DNA of 64,000 nt from a bacterium. GTDB taxonomy: Bacteria > UBA8248. Under the pieces are notes generated by a model. It was given only the letters and a program-made list of their open reading frames with translations, searched no databases and was not told the DNA's origin. The DNA is taken from positions 2,976,001 through 3,040,000 of the forward strand of contig CBDBZU010000004.1 in assembly GCA_965213625.1 (NCBI GenBank). Direction: 5' to 3'. Shown piece by piece: positions 37,733 through 47,641 of the stretch (within the stretch, counting starts at the first letter, position 1; each line of letters opens with the position of its first letter). A program made the position numbers and the translations under genes.

Positions 37733-37985
37733 GGTATTTTCCCTCTCAGCGCAAGGCGGCGCCTCGCGACAAATAATACAGCCCTATCCATCTCTATCCA
37801 TACCAAAGGGCGAGCAAAGCTATTTAGACCACCATTTCGGGCATTTTGCAATTATCCGTTGCACCACGCGGACTCGGAGCGCGGATTCTGCCCATTTCAC
37901 GTTGGCTTGAGGCGCTCATTCCCACTATACTCCATTCACCAAGCCCGTCCGCCCGTATCCTCCGCCTCGGGAGGGGCAGCAGACC

Positions 37986-38921
37986 GTGATTCCGCTCCCC
38001 AAGATCGACCCGCCCCTTATCAACGCCAGCGGCATTCTGAGCTATCCGGAAGTGTTCGCCGCCTTCGAGAGCGCGGGCGCGTGCCTGGGCGGCTACGTCA
38101 CGAAATCGGTCGGCCCCCGCGAGAAGCCGGGCAACAACAACCCCGTGGTCGTATACCCCCCGGAAGGCGCTGTGCTCAACTCCCTCGCCCTGCCGACGCA
38201 AAGCGCAGAGGACTGGGAGCGCGACCTGGAAGAGATAAAGCTGAAGAAAGCGAAGCTCATCGTCTCGGTCTATGGCGGAGACACCCGGGAGTTCGCCGAC
38301 GTCACAAAACGTATGTCGAGGTTCGGCGACGCCATCGAGGTGAACCTGGGATGCCCAAACAAGGAGCCGGGCGAGCAGACCATCATGGAGAGCATCGGAC
38401 AGAACCCCGCCCTCTCCGCCGAGGTCATCGAGCGCGTGCGAGACGAGACGGACAAGCCCGTCATCGCCAAGCTCTCGCCCAACAGCGACTACCTCGCCGT
38501 GGCAGATTCATGCATGAGCGCGGGCGCGGACGCTCTTGGCTGCGGGAACACCCTGGGGCCGGGTCTTGCGGTGGACATCCAGAGCCGGGCGGCAATTCTC
38601 GCAGGCACGACGGGCGGCATCAGCGGCCCCGCGCTCAAGCCCATCAATTTGCGCATGACGTATGAGTCCTATGCGCGTTTTCGGTGTCCCATCGTCGCAT
38701 ACGGGGGTATCGAAACCTGGGAGGATGCCGTGGAATACATTCTGGCGGGAGCGAGCGTCTTGGGGATAGGCACCGCCTTCATGAGAAAGAGCACGCATGA
38801 GGCCGCCGCACTCACCCGGGATATCTGGGAGGGAATTCAGGAATATCTGGACGGAGAACCCATGTCCGGGCTCATCGGCGCGGTGCACCGCTCGGCGAAT
38901 GGGAGCGAATCGAATGCGTAG
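37986..38921 (+). CDS. pyrD: Dihydroorotate dehydrogenase family 1B catalytic subunit
   Basis: NASG, TKS, NLGCPN, AKLSPN, GGISGPALKP. Confidence 0.88.
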   Translation: MIPLPKIDPPLINASGILSYPEVFAAFESAGACLGGYVTKSVGPREKPGNNNPVVVYPPEGAVLNSLALPTQSAEDWERDLEEIKLKKAKLIVSVYGGDTREFADVTKRMSRFGDAIEVNLGCPNKEPGEQTIMESIGQNPALSAEVIERVRDETDKPVIAKLSPNSDYLAVADSCMSAGADALGCGNTLGPGLAVDIQSRAAILAGTTGGISGPALKPINLRMTYESYARFRCPIVAYGGIETWEDAVEYILAGASVLGIGTAFMRKSTHEAAALTRDIWEGIQEYLDGEPMSGLIGAVHRSANGSESNA

Positions 38922-39639
38922 CGTCTTCAAGGTCGTGGAAAATCGCCGGGAAAGCGAATGGACGCACACGATTTTCTTTGACCGGGAAATAGAGTCTCAG
39001 CCCGGCCAGTTCATGATGGTCTGGCTGCCGCGCCTGGGCGAAAAACCCTTCACCCTCTCATATCCCAACGCCGTCACCGTGAAAAAAGCGGGCGCGTTCA
39101 CCGAGAAACTGGCCGCCGTGGAGCCGGGAGACGAGATAGGGCTGCGCGGCCCTTTGGGACAAGGCTACCCGTCCCTCAAGCGGCCCGCACTCATCGGCGG
39201 CGGGGTGGGAATCGCGGAATTGAGGCTTCTTGCCCTCGCCGCAGAAGCGCCCAGTTTCGTCCTTGGGGGACGCACGGCGGATGAGATTCTCTTCTATGAA
39301 GAATTCAAGGAACTCGGCCCCATTCACGTCGCCACCGAAGACGGCGCGTTGGGCCATAAGGGTCTCGTGACCGAACTGCTGCCCGTCGAGGCGGACAGCT
39401 ACGCCGTCTGTGGTCCTGAGCGGATGATGGCCGCGTGCCTGCCGAAACTCCCCGCCGATCGGACGTATTTCGCGGTCGAGCGGTACATGAAATGCGCAGT
39501 CGGCCTGTGCGGCCAGTGTACCTGCTCGGGCTGGCGTGTATGCACGGACGGCCCCATATTCCCCGCCGCCACCGTCGCGCAGATGGATGATTTCGGAAAA
39601 CGCAGGCGCTCCAAGAGTGGCAAATGGGAAAAAGTCTAG
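38914..39639 (+). CDS. pyrK: Dihydroorotate dehydrogenase electron-transfer subunit
   Basis: PGQFMMVW, RGPLGQG, GGGVGIA, CGPERMM, MKCAVGLCGQC...VCTDGP; ATG 38914. Confidence 0.9.
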   Translation: MRSVFKVVENRRESEWTHTIFFDREIESQPGQFMMVWLPRLGEKPFTLSYPNAVTVKKAGAFTEKLAAVEPGDEIGLRGPLGQGYPSLKRPALIGGGVGIAELRLLALAAEAPSFVLGGRTADEILFYEEFKELGPIHVATEDGALGHKGLVTELLPVEADSYAVCGPERMMAACLPKLPADRTYFAVERYMKCAVGLCGQCTCSGWRVCTDGPIFPAATVAQMDDFGKRRRSKSGKWEKV

Positions 39640-39737
39640 AAAAAAGATATCTTTCCAAGACGTTTCTGCTGTGCCTATAATCGGGCGGCTAGCGAAAGAC
39701 TTTTCACCTTCACGAGGCTTCAGGCGGAGGACAAGCC

Positions 39738-40499
39738 ATCCAATTCCGTGTGTTGGGCTGCGCAGGCGGCAAAGCCCCCGGATGTCAGTTGACCTCTTTT
39801 CTCATCAACGATGAGTTGCTGCTGGATGGCGGTTCGGCCGCTTCTGGCCTTAGCATCGAGGAGCAGGCGCGGCTCAGCGGCATCGTAGTCTCCCACGCGC
39901 ATCTGGATCATATCGCGGAACTGCCCTACCTCGCCGACAACATCTTCGGTCTTCGGGATGATTCGCTGAAAATCATCGGCGCTCGAGACGTTCTGGAAGT
40001 GATTCAGAATTCCATCTTCAACAACGCCGTCTGGCCGGATTTTTGCGAGATATGCCACGAAGATACGCCGATACTCGACTTCTCCGCCATCGAGGAGAAG
40101 GAAACACGCTCCTTGGGCGGAATACGGATTACCCCATACGCGGTCGACCACAAGGGGACCACCTTCGGTTTCATCATTCAGGACGCGGATAGCGCGCTGC
40201 TCTACACCAGCGATACGGGCCCCACGGAGACCATCTGGCGAGGCGCTTCCGAGACGAAAAACCTTCGAGCCATCATCACCGAGGTGTCGTTTCCGAACAA
40301 AATGGAAGAACTTGCGCGTATGTCCAGGCACTTGACCCCCGCCATGCTCCATGCGGAAATAAAAAAAATGCCGCCCGATGTTCCCGTCTACATATTCCAC
40401 ATCAAGGCGCAGTACGGCGATGAGACGAAGGCGGAAATCGAGGCGCTGAGCGAACCGAGAATCCAGATACTCGAAGAGGGTAAGACGTATCACCTGTAG
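39738..40499 (+). CDS. Class II 3',5'-cyclic-nucleotide phosphodiesterase (MBL fold)
   Basis: RVLGCAGG, SHAHLDH, FNNAVWPDF, SDTGPT, EVSFPN, HLTP, FHIK; start ATC 39738 or GTG 39750. Confidence 0.85.
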   Translation: MQFRVLGCAGGKAPGCQLTSFLINDELLLDGGSAASGLSIEEQARLSGIVVSHAHLDHIAELPYLADNIFGLRDDSLKIIGARDVLEVIQNSIFNNAVWPDFCEICHEDTPILDFSAIEEKETRSLGGIRITPYAVDHKGTTFGFIIQDADSALLYTSDTGPTETIWRGASETKNLRAIITEVSFPNKMEELARMSRHLTPAMLHAEIKKMPPDVPVYIFHIKAQYGDETKAEIEALSEPRIQILEEGKTYHL

Positions 40500-40572
40500 G
40501 CTTTCATAACGCCTCATCTTCTGCTATGAGCAGGAGAGTCTTGAAAGACGAGAAAAAGCGGCGATTCCAGGG

Positions 40573-40884
40573 ATGACAAGAAGCCATCCGGCGGATCGCC
40601 TCCCTGAAAATCACAGAAAAGGATGGGGAGACGCTTTCGTGGAAGACATCGAAGCGAAAAGAAAATACAGCCGCATCATGGCCGAGCGCATCAGCGGCAT
40701 TCTGGCCGGCGAGATCGAGGGCGTCGATGCCGACATCCGCTACAGCTACAAGGACAAGAGCTTCAGGCTCTGGTGGGGAGAACGGGGAGACCCCGATACC
40801 ATGGCCCTCATCACTTTCGAGCAAATCGCGTCGCTGAACGACGAGGAGTTGCGCCAGATTATACGCTCATCCGTCATCGGCTAG
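40573..40884 (+). CDS. Hypothetical protein
   Basis: GC3-biased codons from GTG 40639 onward; start uncertain. Confidence 0.55.
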   Translation: MTRSHPADRLPENHRKGWGDAFVEDIEAKRKYSRIMAERISGILAGEIEGVDADIRYSYKDKSFRLWWGERGDPDTMALITFEQIASLNDEELRQIIRSSVIG

Positions 40885-41774
40885 GCGATATTGGCCAACT
40901 CCTGATAAATCCGGAAGATCGAGCTTCCATCCTCATGCTGCCTGCCTTTGCTGCGCTGGGCCATGAAGAAGTGCTCCAGCAACCCGCCGAGCGGCACGGG
41001 CACGTCGAGGTCCTTGGCGGAGTCGATGGCGCATTCCAGGTCCTTCAGCACTATCCATATCGGGCCGGATTCCGGGAAATTACCGGCCAGCATGTCCTTG
41101 CCGCGCACGTCGAGCACGTTCGAACCCGCAGCGCCGGAACAGAGAGTCTCGAGCATGACGTCTTTGGGGATTCCCGCCTTGAGGCCCAGCGTGAGGCCCT
41201 CGCAAGCCCCAGCCATGTTGATGAATAGCACGAGATTCACCACCAGCTTTAACTGGGCGGCGAGCCCGTTTATCTCGCTAACGTAAATCGTCTTCTTGCC
41301 GATGGCGTCGAAGGCGGGCTTGGCCTTCTCATATGCGTCCCTGGGCCCCGCCGACATCACCACCAGGTCCTTCACGGCGGCCTGCTTGCCCACGCCGCTC
41401 ACCGGGCAATCCAGCCAGCTTACACCCTTCTCGCCCGCTAATTCCGCCATTTCTTTCGAGAATCTAGGCGGAACCGTACTCATATCGGCGATGATGCCGC
41501 CCGAAGAGATTCCTTCGAGAATACCACCCTCACCCGTCACCGCCTCTCCAACGACCTTGTAGTTCGGAAGCGAGGTCATCACCAGGTCGGCTCCGCTTGC
41601 GGCGTCCGCGGGCGAAGATGCCCGGCGCAGGTTCTTGCCCTCGAATTTCTCGTACATCGCGTCCACCGGGTCGAATCCCGCCACTTCCATGCCGGCGTCC
41701 AGCATGTGGCCCGAAAAAGCACCCCCCATGACGCCCAAACCCACGACTCCCACTTTAATACTCACGGCTCTCAA
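40881..41774 (-). CDS. 3-hydroxyisobutyrate dehydrogenase-family NAD(P)-dependent oxidoreductase
   Basis: GLGVMG, DMSTV, DCPVSG, KLVVN, KDL. Confidence 0.92.
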   Translation of the reverse strand: MRAVSIKVGVVGLGVMGGAFSGHMLDAGMEVAGFDPVDAMYEKFEGKNLRRASSPADAASGADLVMTSLPNYKVVGEAVTGEGGILEGISSGGIIADMSTVPPRFSKEMAELAGEKGVSWLDCPVSGVGKQAAVKDLVVMSAGPRDAYEKAKPAFDAIGKKTIYVSEINGLAAQLKLVVNLVLFINMAGACEGLTLGLKAGIPKDVMLETLCSGAAGSNVLDVRGKDMLAGNFPESGPIWIVLKDLECAIDSAKDLDVPVPLGGLLEHFFMAQRSKGRQHEDGSSIFRIYQELANIA

Positions 41775-41850
41775 GCTCCTTTTGTATTCGGCGGAGGGTA
41801 GGCCTCACCCCGCCGGTGTTGAATACGAAGAGGTTATAGTCCTTAGATGA

Positions 41851-42609
41851 TCAATGAATGATGTAGCCGCCGTCCACCACGAGGTTGTGCCCGTGCACGA
41901 AGGAGGCATCCTCTGAGGCGAGATACATGACGGCGTCCGCAATCTCGGTCGGCTCGCCAAAACGCCCCATCGGTATGTTCTCGAGGCGCTCGGCGCGTTC
42001 TTCGGGTGTTTTGTAGGCGAATTTCTTCAAGTATTCCGTCGCCGTAGGCCCGGGGCTTACGGCGTTCACCAGAATGTTCTCCCCGGCGAGTTCGAGCGCC
42101 ATCGAGCGCGTGAGCTGTATCAGCGCCGCCTTCGTCGTGCTGTAGAGCGCGGTATTAAGCGCCGCCACAGAGCCCAGTTGACTCGCGATGTGGACGATCC
42201 GTCCGCCGCCCGCTTCTCGCATAAGCGGTAGCACGGCCTGGCTCGCGAAAAATGGAGCGCGCAGGTTCACCGCGACGACACGGCCAAAATCCTCATACGA
42301 GAACGTGCCGAACGGTTGGCTCGCCCTGATCCCTGCGTTGTTCACGAGAACGTCCACGCCGCCAAGAACGTCCGCAGCGGCATCCACCATGCGCTCGGCG
42401 GCGCCCTCCGCGCTCAGATCGAAGACCCCGTAAGAAGCTGCCCCTCCGGCCGCCTCGCACTTGCGCACGACGTTTTCCAGCTCGGCTTGCGTTCCATCGG
42501 CGGCCAGATACAGGCGCGCGCCTTCAGCTGCAAAGCGAAGCGCCACGCATTCGCCGATTCCGCGCGATGCGCCCGTTATGAGCGCCCTTTTTCCATCCAA
42601 ACGGCTCAA
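41851..42609 (-). CDS. SDR family oxidoreductase
   Basis: TGASRGIG, NNAG, YSTTK, NAVSPG, VDGG. Confidence 0.93.
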   Translation of the reverse strand: MSRLDGKRALITGASRGIGECVALRFAAEGARLYLAADGTQAELENVVRKCEAAGGAASYGVFDLSAEGAAERMVDAAADVLGGVDVLVNNAGIRASQPFGTFSYEDFGRVVAVNLRAPFFASQAVLPLMREAGGGRIVHIASQLGSVAALNTALYSTTKAALIQLTRSMALELAGENILVNAVSPGPTATEYLKKFAYKTPEERAERLENIPMGRFGEPTEIADAVMYLASEDASFVHGHNLVVDGGYIIH

Positions 42610-42704
42610 CCTGTATTTCTCCTACGGATAAGTTGCGCTAGTATTGACTCCAGCGCGACGATGCGCGCTCTGGGTGGCCTAAGACAGACAAGGAGAATCG
42701 CACG

Positions 42705-43307
42705 ATGCCCCGACCGGAAGCTTCATTTGAAGAACTGCAACATGTAGCCATCAAGGTATCGAACATCGAAGAATCCTTGAAGTTCTACACCGAGATTCTC
42801 GGCTTCTCACTTTCGGAGCGGCACGATCCCGTCGAACACCCGACCCTCAATGCGGGTCTTTGCTTCCTGCGCTGCAGCGCGTTTCATCACGATTTGAACC
42901 TAGTATACCACACCGGCGAGCAGCCCGCGCTGGAGGAGTTCAAAGTGGACGATCAAGGCCCCGTGAAGGATCTGGGGTTGCATCATTTCGCATTTCGGGT
43001 AAAAGACCGCTCCGAGTTCTTCGCCTGGAAAGACTGGCTCGAGGAATGCGGCGTCAAAATCGTGCGTGGTCCCGTGGTCCACAGCCCCACCCATCCCGAG
43101 GGTGACGGCACGTGGGGAGAGAACCGGGCCATGTACTTCTGTGACCCCGACGGCCACCGGATAGAAATCTTTTGCGACCTGGCCCGGATGGACGAGGCCA
43201 ACGGCATTGAAAAGGAATGGTATGAAGACAGGCTTCACCGGGAGGGAATCGACCCTGCCCCGCATCCGCCCGTCGGCCCTCATCCGACAGGGGCCATCAC
43301 ACGCTGA
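42705..43307 (+). CDS. VOC (glyoxalase / extradiol dioxygenase-like) protein
   Basis: LQHVAI, HHDL, LHHFAF, YFCDPDGHRIE. Confidence 0.88.
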   Translation: MPRPEASFEELQHVAIKVSNIEESLKFYTEILGFSLSERHDPVEHPTLNAGLCFLRCSAFHHDLNLVYHTGEQPALEEFKVDDQGPVKDLGLHHFAFRVKDRSEFFAWKDWLEECGVKIVRGPVVHSPTHPEGDGTWGENRAMYFCDPDGHRIEIFCDLARMDEANGIEKEWYEDRLHREGIDPAPHPPVGPHPTGAITR

Positions 43308-43346
43308 ACCATCGCCCCGGGAACGCTTCACCATGAGCAAGACGTC

Positions 43347-45110
43347 GTGAGCTGGAAAAACTTCCGCATACGCCTTCTCGGCTGGCTGCTCCACTTCGAT
43401 TTCTCAGACGACGGCATCTTCTACTTCACGACCATCATCGTGGGAGCGTTGGCCGGCTTCGTCGCCGTGTGCTTTCACGTCGCGCTGGGCTGGGCGCATT
43501 ACGTTCTCTTCGGCTCCCACGATCTGTCCCTCATCGAACGCGCCTGGTATTGGGTGGCGCTCATCCCTGCAGGGGGTGCATTTCTCTCGGCGCTACTTCT
43601 CCAGTATTTCGCTCCCGAAGCCCGTGGCAGCGGCATACCCCAGACGAAAATCGCATACGTCGCCCACAACGGCCACATCGACAAGCGCGTGTGGATAAGC
43701 AAGTTCCTCATCGGGGTCCTCAACATCGGCTCGGGTTCTAGCCTGGGCCGCGAAGGCCCCACCGTGCAGATATGCTCGGGCGCCGCTAGCTGGATAGGCG
43801 AGACTTTTTCGCTGAAAAGACGCCGCGTGCAGGCGCTCGTCCCCGTGGGCTGCGCCGCCGCCCTGGCCGCCGCGTTCAACACGCCGATCGCCGCCGTCAC
43901 CTTCACGCTCGAAGAACTCGTGGGCGATCTGAACGCACGCGTGCTCGGCTCCATCGTGTTCGCGGCGGTTTCCGCCTCGGTCGTCTCGCGCGCCATGCTC
44001 GGCAACGAACCCGTGTTCTCAGTACCCGCCTATGCTCTGGACAGTTCTCTCGAACTGTTCCTCTACGCCTTCGTAGGCGTCGTCTGCGCGCTCGTCGCCG
44101 TGGCGTTCATCAAGGGGCTGCTCTTCATACGCTCGCAGTGGAAGCGTCTGCGAGGGTTCCGTGGCGTTCTCGCCACGGGCCTCGGCGGCCTGTTCGTGGG
44201 CGTCATCGGCATCTGGTTCCCCGAGGTGTTTGCCGTGGGCTATCCCGCCGTGAGCAAGGCGCTCACGCACAGCTACACACTGCCTTTTCTTTTGTGCCTG
44301 CTCGTATTAAAGCTCATCGCCACCGCTGTTTCCTATGGTACCGGCTCACTGGGCGGCATCTTCGCGCCGACACTGTTCATGGGCGCGATGGCGGGGGGCG
44401 CCGTGGCCTCTCTCGCCGAACTCGTCTTTCCCGGCTTCGTGGCCCACCCGGGCGGATACGCCCTGGTCGGCATGGGCGCGGCATTCGCGGCTGTTATTCG
44501 CGCGCCCTTGACGTCGGTGCTCATCATCTTCGAGCTCACGCAGGATTACCACATCATCCTCGCGCTCATGGTGGCCAACGCCATATCATTGGCCCTGGCG
44601 CGATACTGGCACCCCGAGCCCATTTACAGCGCGCTATCCTCACAGGACGGGGTTGCGTTGCCAGACTATGAGACCGAGCATCTCCTGCACGAGATTCATG
44701 TATCGGACGCCATGATCGGCAACGTCGTCACCCTGCCCGAGGACATCACGATCCAGGATGCCATCGAGAGAACAAGGGGAAGCGCCATCACCGGATATCC
44801 CGTCCTGGGCCCGAGCGGGAAACTCTCCGGCATGGCGAGCAACTACGATTTCAGCCAGGCGCAGGCAGCGGGCATCCTGCAAAAGCCTCTGAGCGAGATT
44901 GCGAAGAAAAAATACATCATGCACGCGCACCCGGACCAATCGCTCGATTCGGTGATGGCCAAACTCGGCGACAGGCGCATCTCGCGCCTGCCCGTTGTGA
45001 GCCGCGAGGACCCGACAGAGCTTCTGGGTATCATCACCGCCGAGGACGTGATTCACGCTTTCGGCAAGGTCTGGCGCGAACAGGAACACCACAGGCACGA
45101 TTCCGACTAG
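43347..45110 (+). CDS. ClC Cl-/H+ antiporter with CBS pair
   Basis: GSGIP, GREGP, FTLEE, GIFAP, C-terminal CBS domains. Confidence 0.93.
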   Translation: MSWKNFRIRLLGWLLHFDFSDDGIFYFTTIIVGALAGFVAVCFHVALGWAHYVLFGSHDLSLIERAWYWVALIPAGGAFLSALLLQYFAPEARGSGIPQTKIAYVAHNGHIDKRVWISKFLIGVLNIGSGSSLGREGPTVQICSGAASWIGETFSLKRRRVQALVPVGCAAALAAAFNTPIAAVTFTLEELVGDLNARVLGSIVFAAVSASVVSRAMLGNEPVFSVPAYALDSSLELFLYAFVGVVCALVAVAFIKGLLFIRSQWKRLRGFRGVLATGLGGLFVGVIGIWFPEVFAVGYPAVSKALTHSYTLPFLLCLLVLKLIATAVSYGTGSLGGIFAPTLFMGAMAGGAVASLAELVFPGFVAHPGGYALVGMGAAFAAVIRAPLTSVLIIFELTQDYHIILALMVANAISLALARYWHPEPIYSALSSQDGVALPDYETEHLLHEIHVSDAMIGNVVTLPEDITIQDAIERTRGSAITGYPVLGPSGKLSGMASNYDFSQAQAAGILQKPLSEIAKKKYIMHAHPDQSLDSVMAKLGDRRISRLPVVSREDPTELLGIITAEDVIHAFGKVWREQEHHRHDSD

Positions 45111-45246
45111 AGCCGGCATCCCGAATACTTTGCAGAGAGCGCGAAGATTTTCATATGATGAATAAAATCGAGCGAGTTCTTCATCATTACGAAGTTCGCT
45201 ATTCATTGAAGGCAGAATCCGGCATCAGAATAACGGAACCACGAAT

Positions 45247-45903
45247 ATGAACGCGCAACTTCCAACCACTCTGCCACCGAGCGGCCAGCCGACCTGGCTG
45301 AAAAAAATTTTCCAGGCGGGTCTCAGGCTCGCCTACGGCGGAGTCGATGTCCTAGGCATGCACAACGTCCCGCCCGACGGCCCGTTAATCGTCGCCTCGA
45401 ACCACCGAAGCTACCTCGACCCCATGATCCTAGCCTCTTTCCTCCCGAGACGGGTGTACCACATGGCCAAGCGGGAATTGTTCCGCAACCCCCTGTTCGC
45501 GAAGCTCATCACTAACTACGGCGCCTTTCCCGTGGATAGGGAGGGAACCGCGCGCGCCAGCACTTTCCGGATGGCGCTCAGGCTCCTGAGCTTAAACGGC
45601 GCGGTGGTGATTTTTCCCGAGGGCGGTATCGTGAATTCGACGGCCGAGGTGGAAGTGAAAGAAGGCGTCGCCACCCTCGCCGCCATGAGCCGCGCACCCG
45701 TTCTTCCGGTCTTTATCTCAGGGTCGAATACGCTCATCAGCCCGAGGGGAATCTTGAACCCCTGGCTCGTCATTCGCGTGGGAGAGGTCATCCCTCCGGC
45801 GCAAGGAAGGGGCCGGGAATACCGCAGGGAATTCGCTCAAAACATCGTGGATGCGATCCTGAAACTCGAGTCGGATTATCTGGCGGCAAAAAGAGAAAGC
45901 TAG
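45247..45903 (+). CDS. plsC: 1-acyl-sn-glycerol-3-phosphate acyltransferase family
   Basis: NHRSYLD, FPVDR, FPEG. Confidence 0.88.
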   Translation: MNAQLPTTLPPSGQPTWLKKIFQAGLRLAYGGVDVLGMHNVPPDGPLIVASNHRSYLDPMILASFLPRRVYHMAKRELFRNPLFAKLITNYGAFPVDREGTARASTFRMALRLLSLNGAVVIFPEGGIVNSTAEVEVKEGVATLAAMSRAPVLPVFISGSNTLISPRGILNPWLVIRVGEVIPPAQGRGREYRREFAQNIVDAILKLESDYLAAKRES

Positions 45904-45991
45904 AAACAGAGTCCTGGGGTGGATAACGCCTGGAGAGTATTCCGCCGTCATTTCGCAAAACAGGCGCATTTAGCCGAGCACGGACAAAATA

Positions 45992-46029
45992 AAGCCCCGC
46001 CACCTGTGCAGGGTGACGGGGCTTCTTTT
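45992..46029. terminator. Bidirectional intrinsic terminator
   Basis: AAGCCCCG / CGGGGCTT stem, A-rich upstream and T-rich downstream, between convergent genes. Confidence 0.75.
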
Positions 46030-46076
46030 AAACGCACTTCATTTATACGGGGACTCTACAATCCTCGGACGAGCCC

Positions 46077-47390
46077 CTAGAAACTATACACAAACCCCAG
46101 TTGCAGGCGCGTCGCGTCGCCTTCCTCGCCGCCGTTCGTCTCGCGCCAGCCTTTGATGAGTTCCGCGCCTACCCTCACTTTGGGTGCGGGAGACCACCAG
46201 ACGGTGGCGTGCACTGTTTGGAGTGATTGGCTGAGGTTCGGGTACATCGCCATGTCAGCATCTTCAAAATCGTTCTCCACCCAGCCGTAATACAGGCCCG
46301 AACTCACGGAGCCGCTCCAGTTATGCGTGAGGCCCACGAAACCACCCATCGAGTCGAGAGCTTCCAGTTCGTTGTTTGCACTCAAGATAGCAGCGGCGGG
46401 CGCTCCCAGCATGGATTTATCCAATCCACCTTGGCCGACGTTGAACGTACCCCATAGGCGGGTGTTTGCTCCCAAGCCGAAGTTTGCACCGAGGTGGAGG
46501 GCGGAGATGGTCAGGCTCTCTTCAACTGCGCCATCTTCATAGAGTACCTGCCCCAGAAGACCCGACACGTTAATGGCGCCCCAACTCGTTTTCATTCGCA
46601 GAGCCGCCACAAAGTTCGGAATCCGCTCTTGAGAGGAGGTGCTTCCGCCGGCCATCAGGATAGTCGGGGCGTCTGGATCCTCCAGCGCGATCTGGGCGGT
46701 GAGGTTCTTTCCCATCGCCTGGCTGTAGCGCAACTGGGGCCGACGCGTGGCGACCACGCCCACAGGGCCTTCGAAATCAATCGTGTCGGCGTAGGTATTT
46801 TCATCCATCAATGTCGTCCAGGTCTGACCAGCCAGCACCCCGCCAAAAGTGGCGTAGGCGTGGCGAAGGCGCAGGGCGTTGCCTCCGCCGTAGAAATCCG
46901 TCTCGATTCTCGTCTTGAGGTTGCCTCTACTCGTCGGCGTCAGGCTGTCGAAACGCAGGCGCGTCTGCCTCGCGTGCAGAGAGGCTTTGCGCTGGCCGCT
47001 GTCATCGCCATCCAGGAGAATGCCGCTCGCGCCGCCTCCCCAGTCATAGCCGAAAAAGGAATCGCCCAGATCCTGGTCGAGGTCGTAGATGGCGTCGAGC
47101 TTGACGTAGCCGCTGAAGGAAACCGACGTGTTGCTCCCCGGCATCTTCCACGAACCCGGGAAATCGCCCGTAGCCACGGCCTTTTTCTGGGCGGCTGCCG
47201 CAGCGGCCTTCATGTCTGCCTTCATCATCTTCTCTCGGGCTTCGAGGCCTTCGAGTCGTTTCATGAGCGCCTTTATCTGCGCCTTCAGATCGTCTATTTC
47301 ACCTCCGGCAGCCGGTGCGACGAATAACGCCAAGGCTGTCACGCATCCAAGAAGCGCCAGGCCGAAACGATTCGTCCGTTTTCTCTTCAT
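46077..47390 (-). CDS. DcaP-family outer-membrane porin
   Basis: Signal peptide, coiled coil, FSGYVKLD, ARQTRL, IETDF, RLRHAY, GQTWT, C-terminal YSF. Confidence 0.85.
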   Translation of the reverse strand: MKRKRTNRFGLALLGCVTALALFVAPAAGGEIDDLKAQIKALMKRLEGLEAREKMMKADMKAAAAAAQKKAVATGDFPGSWKMPGSNTSVSFSGYVKLDAIYDLDQDLGDSFFGYDWGGGASGILLDGDDSGQRKASLHARQTRLRFDSLTPTSRGNLKTRIETDFYGGGNALRLRHAYATFGGVLAGQTWTTLMDENTYADTIDFEGPVGVVATRRPQLRYSQAMGKNLTAQIALEDPDAPTILMAGGSTSSQERIPNFVAALRMKTSWGAINVSGLLGQVLYEDGAVEESLTISALHLGANFGLGANTRLWGTFNVGQGGLDKSMLGAPAAAILSANNELEALDSMGGFVGLTHNWSGSVSSGLYYGWVENDFEDADMAMYPNLSQSLQTVHATVWWSPAPKVRVGAELIKGWRETNGGEEGDATRLQLGFVYSF

Positions 47391-47641
47391 ATCTCTGTCC
47401 CCCCGTGAGAAGTTCGGCAAAAAGTACACTTCACATGAAGAGGTGGTTGCATGAACAACGACCTCTTCCAGATTTATGTCTCCCCTGCAGAGCGAACAAT
47501 CGGTCGGATGTCTCGCTCATCCTCGCTAAAGCATATGAATTCCCACTTCCTGCTCTTCAGAATATCGTATGTACACCTACTACGTTTCCATGGTGTTACA
47601 TGGACTCCGAAAATACAAGAAAAAAGAACGAAGCCGGAAAG

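Noticed and set aside
40574-40600. TGA followed by ATCC-GGC-GGAT mini-hairpin as a third Sec site
   Set aside because: The readthrough frame is not the GC3-biased frame and has no redox motif; stem is only 4 bp
43305-43347. VOC TGA stop is in frame with the ClC ORF (possible readthrough or Sec fusion)
   Set aside because: TGA follows a low-complexity tail rather than a conserved Cys position, and no convincing SECIS follows; being in frame has a 1-in-3 chance
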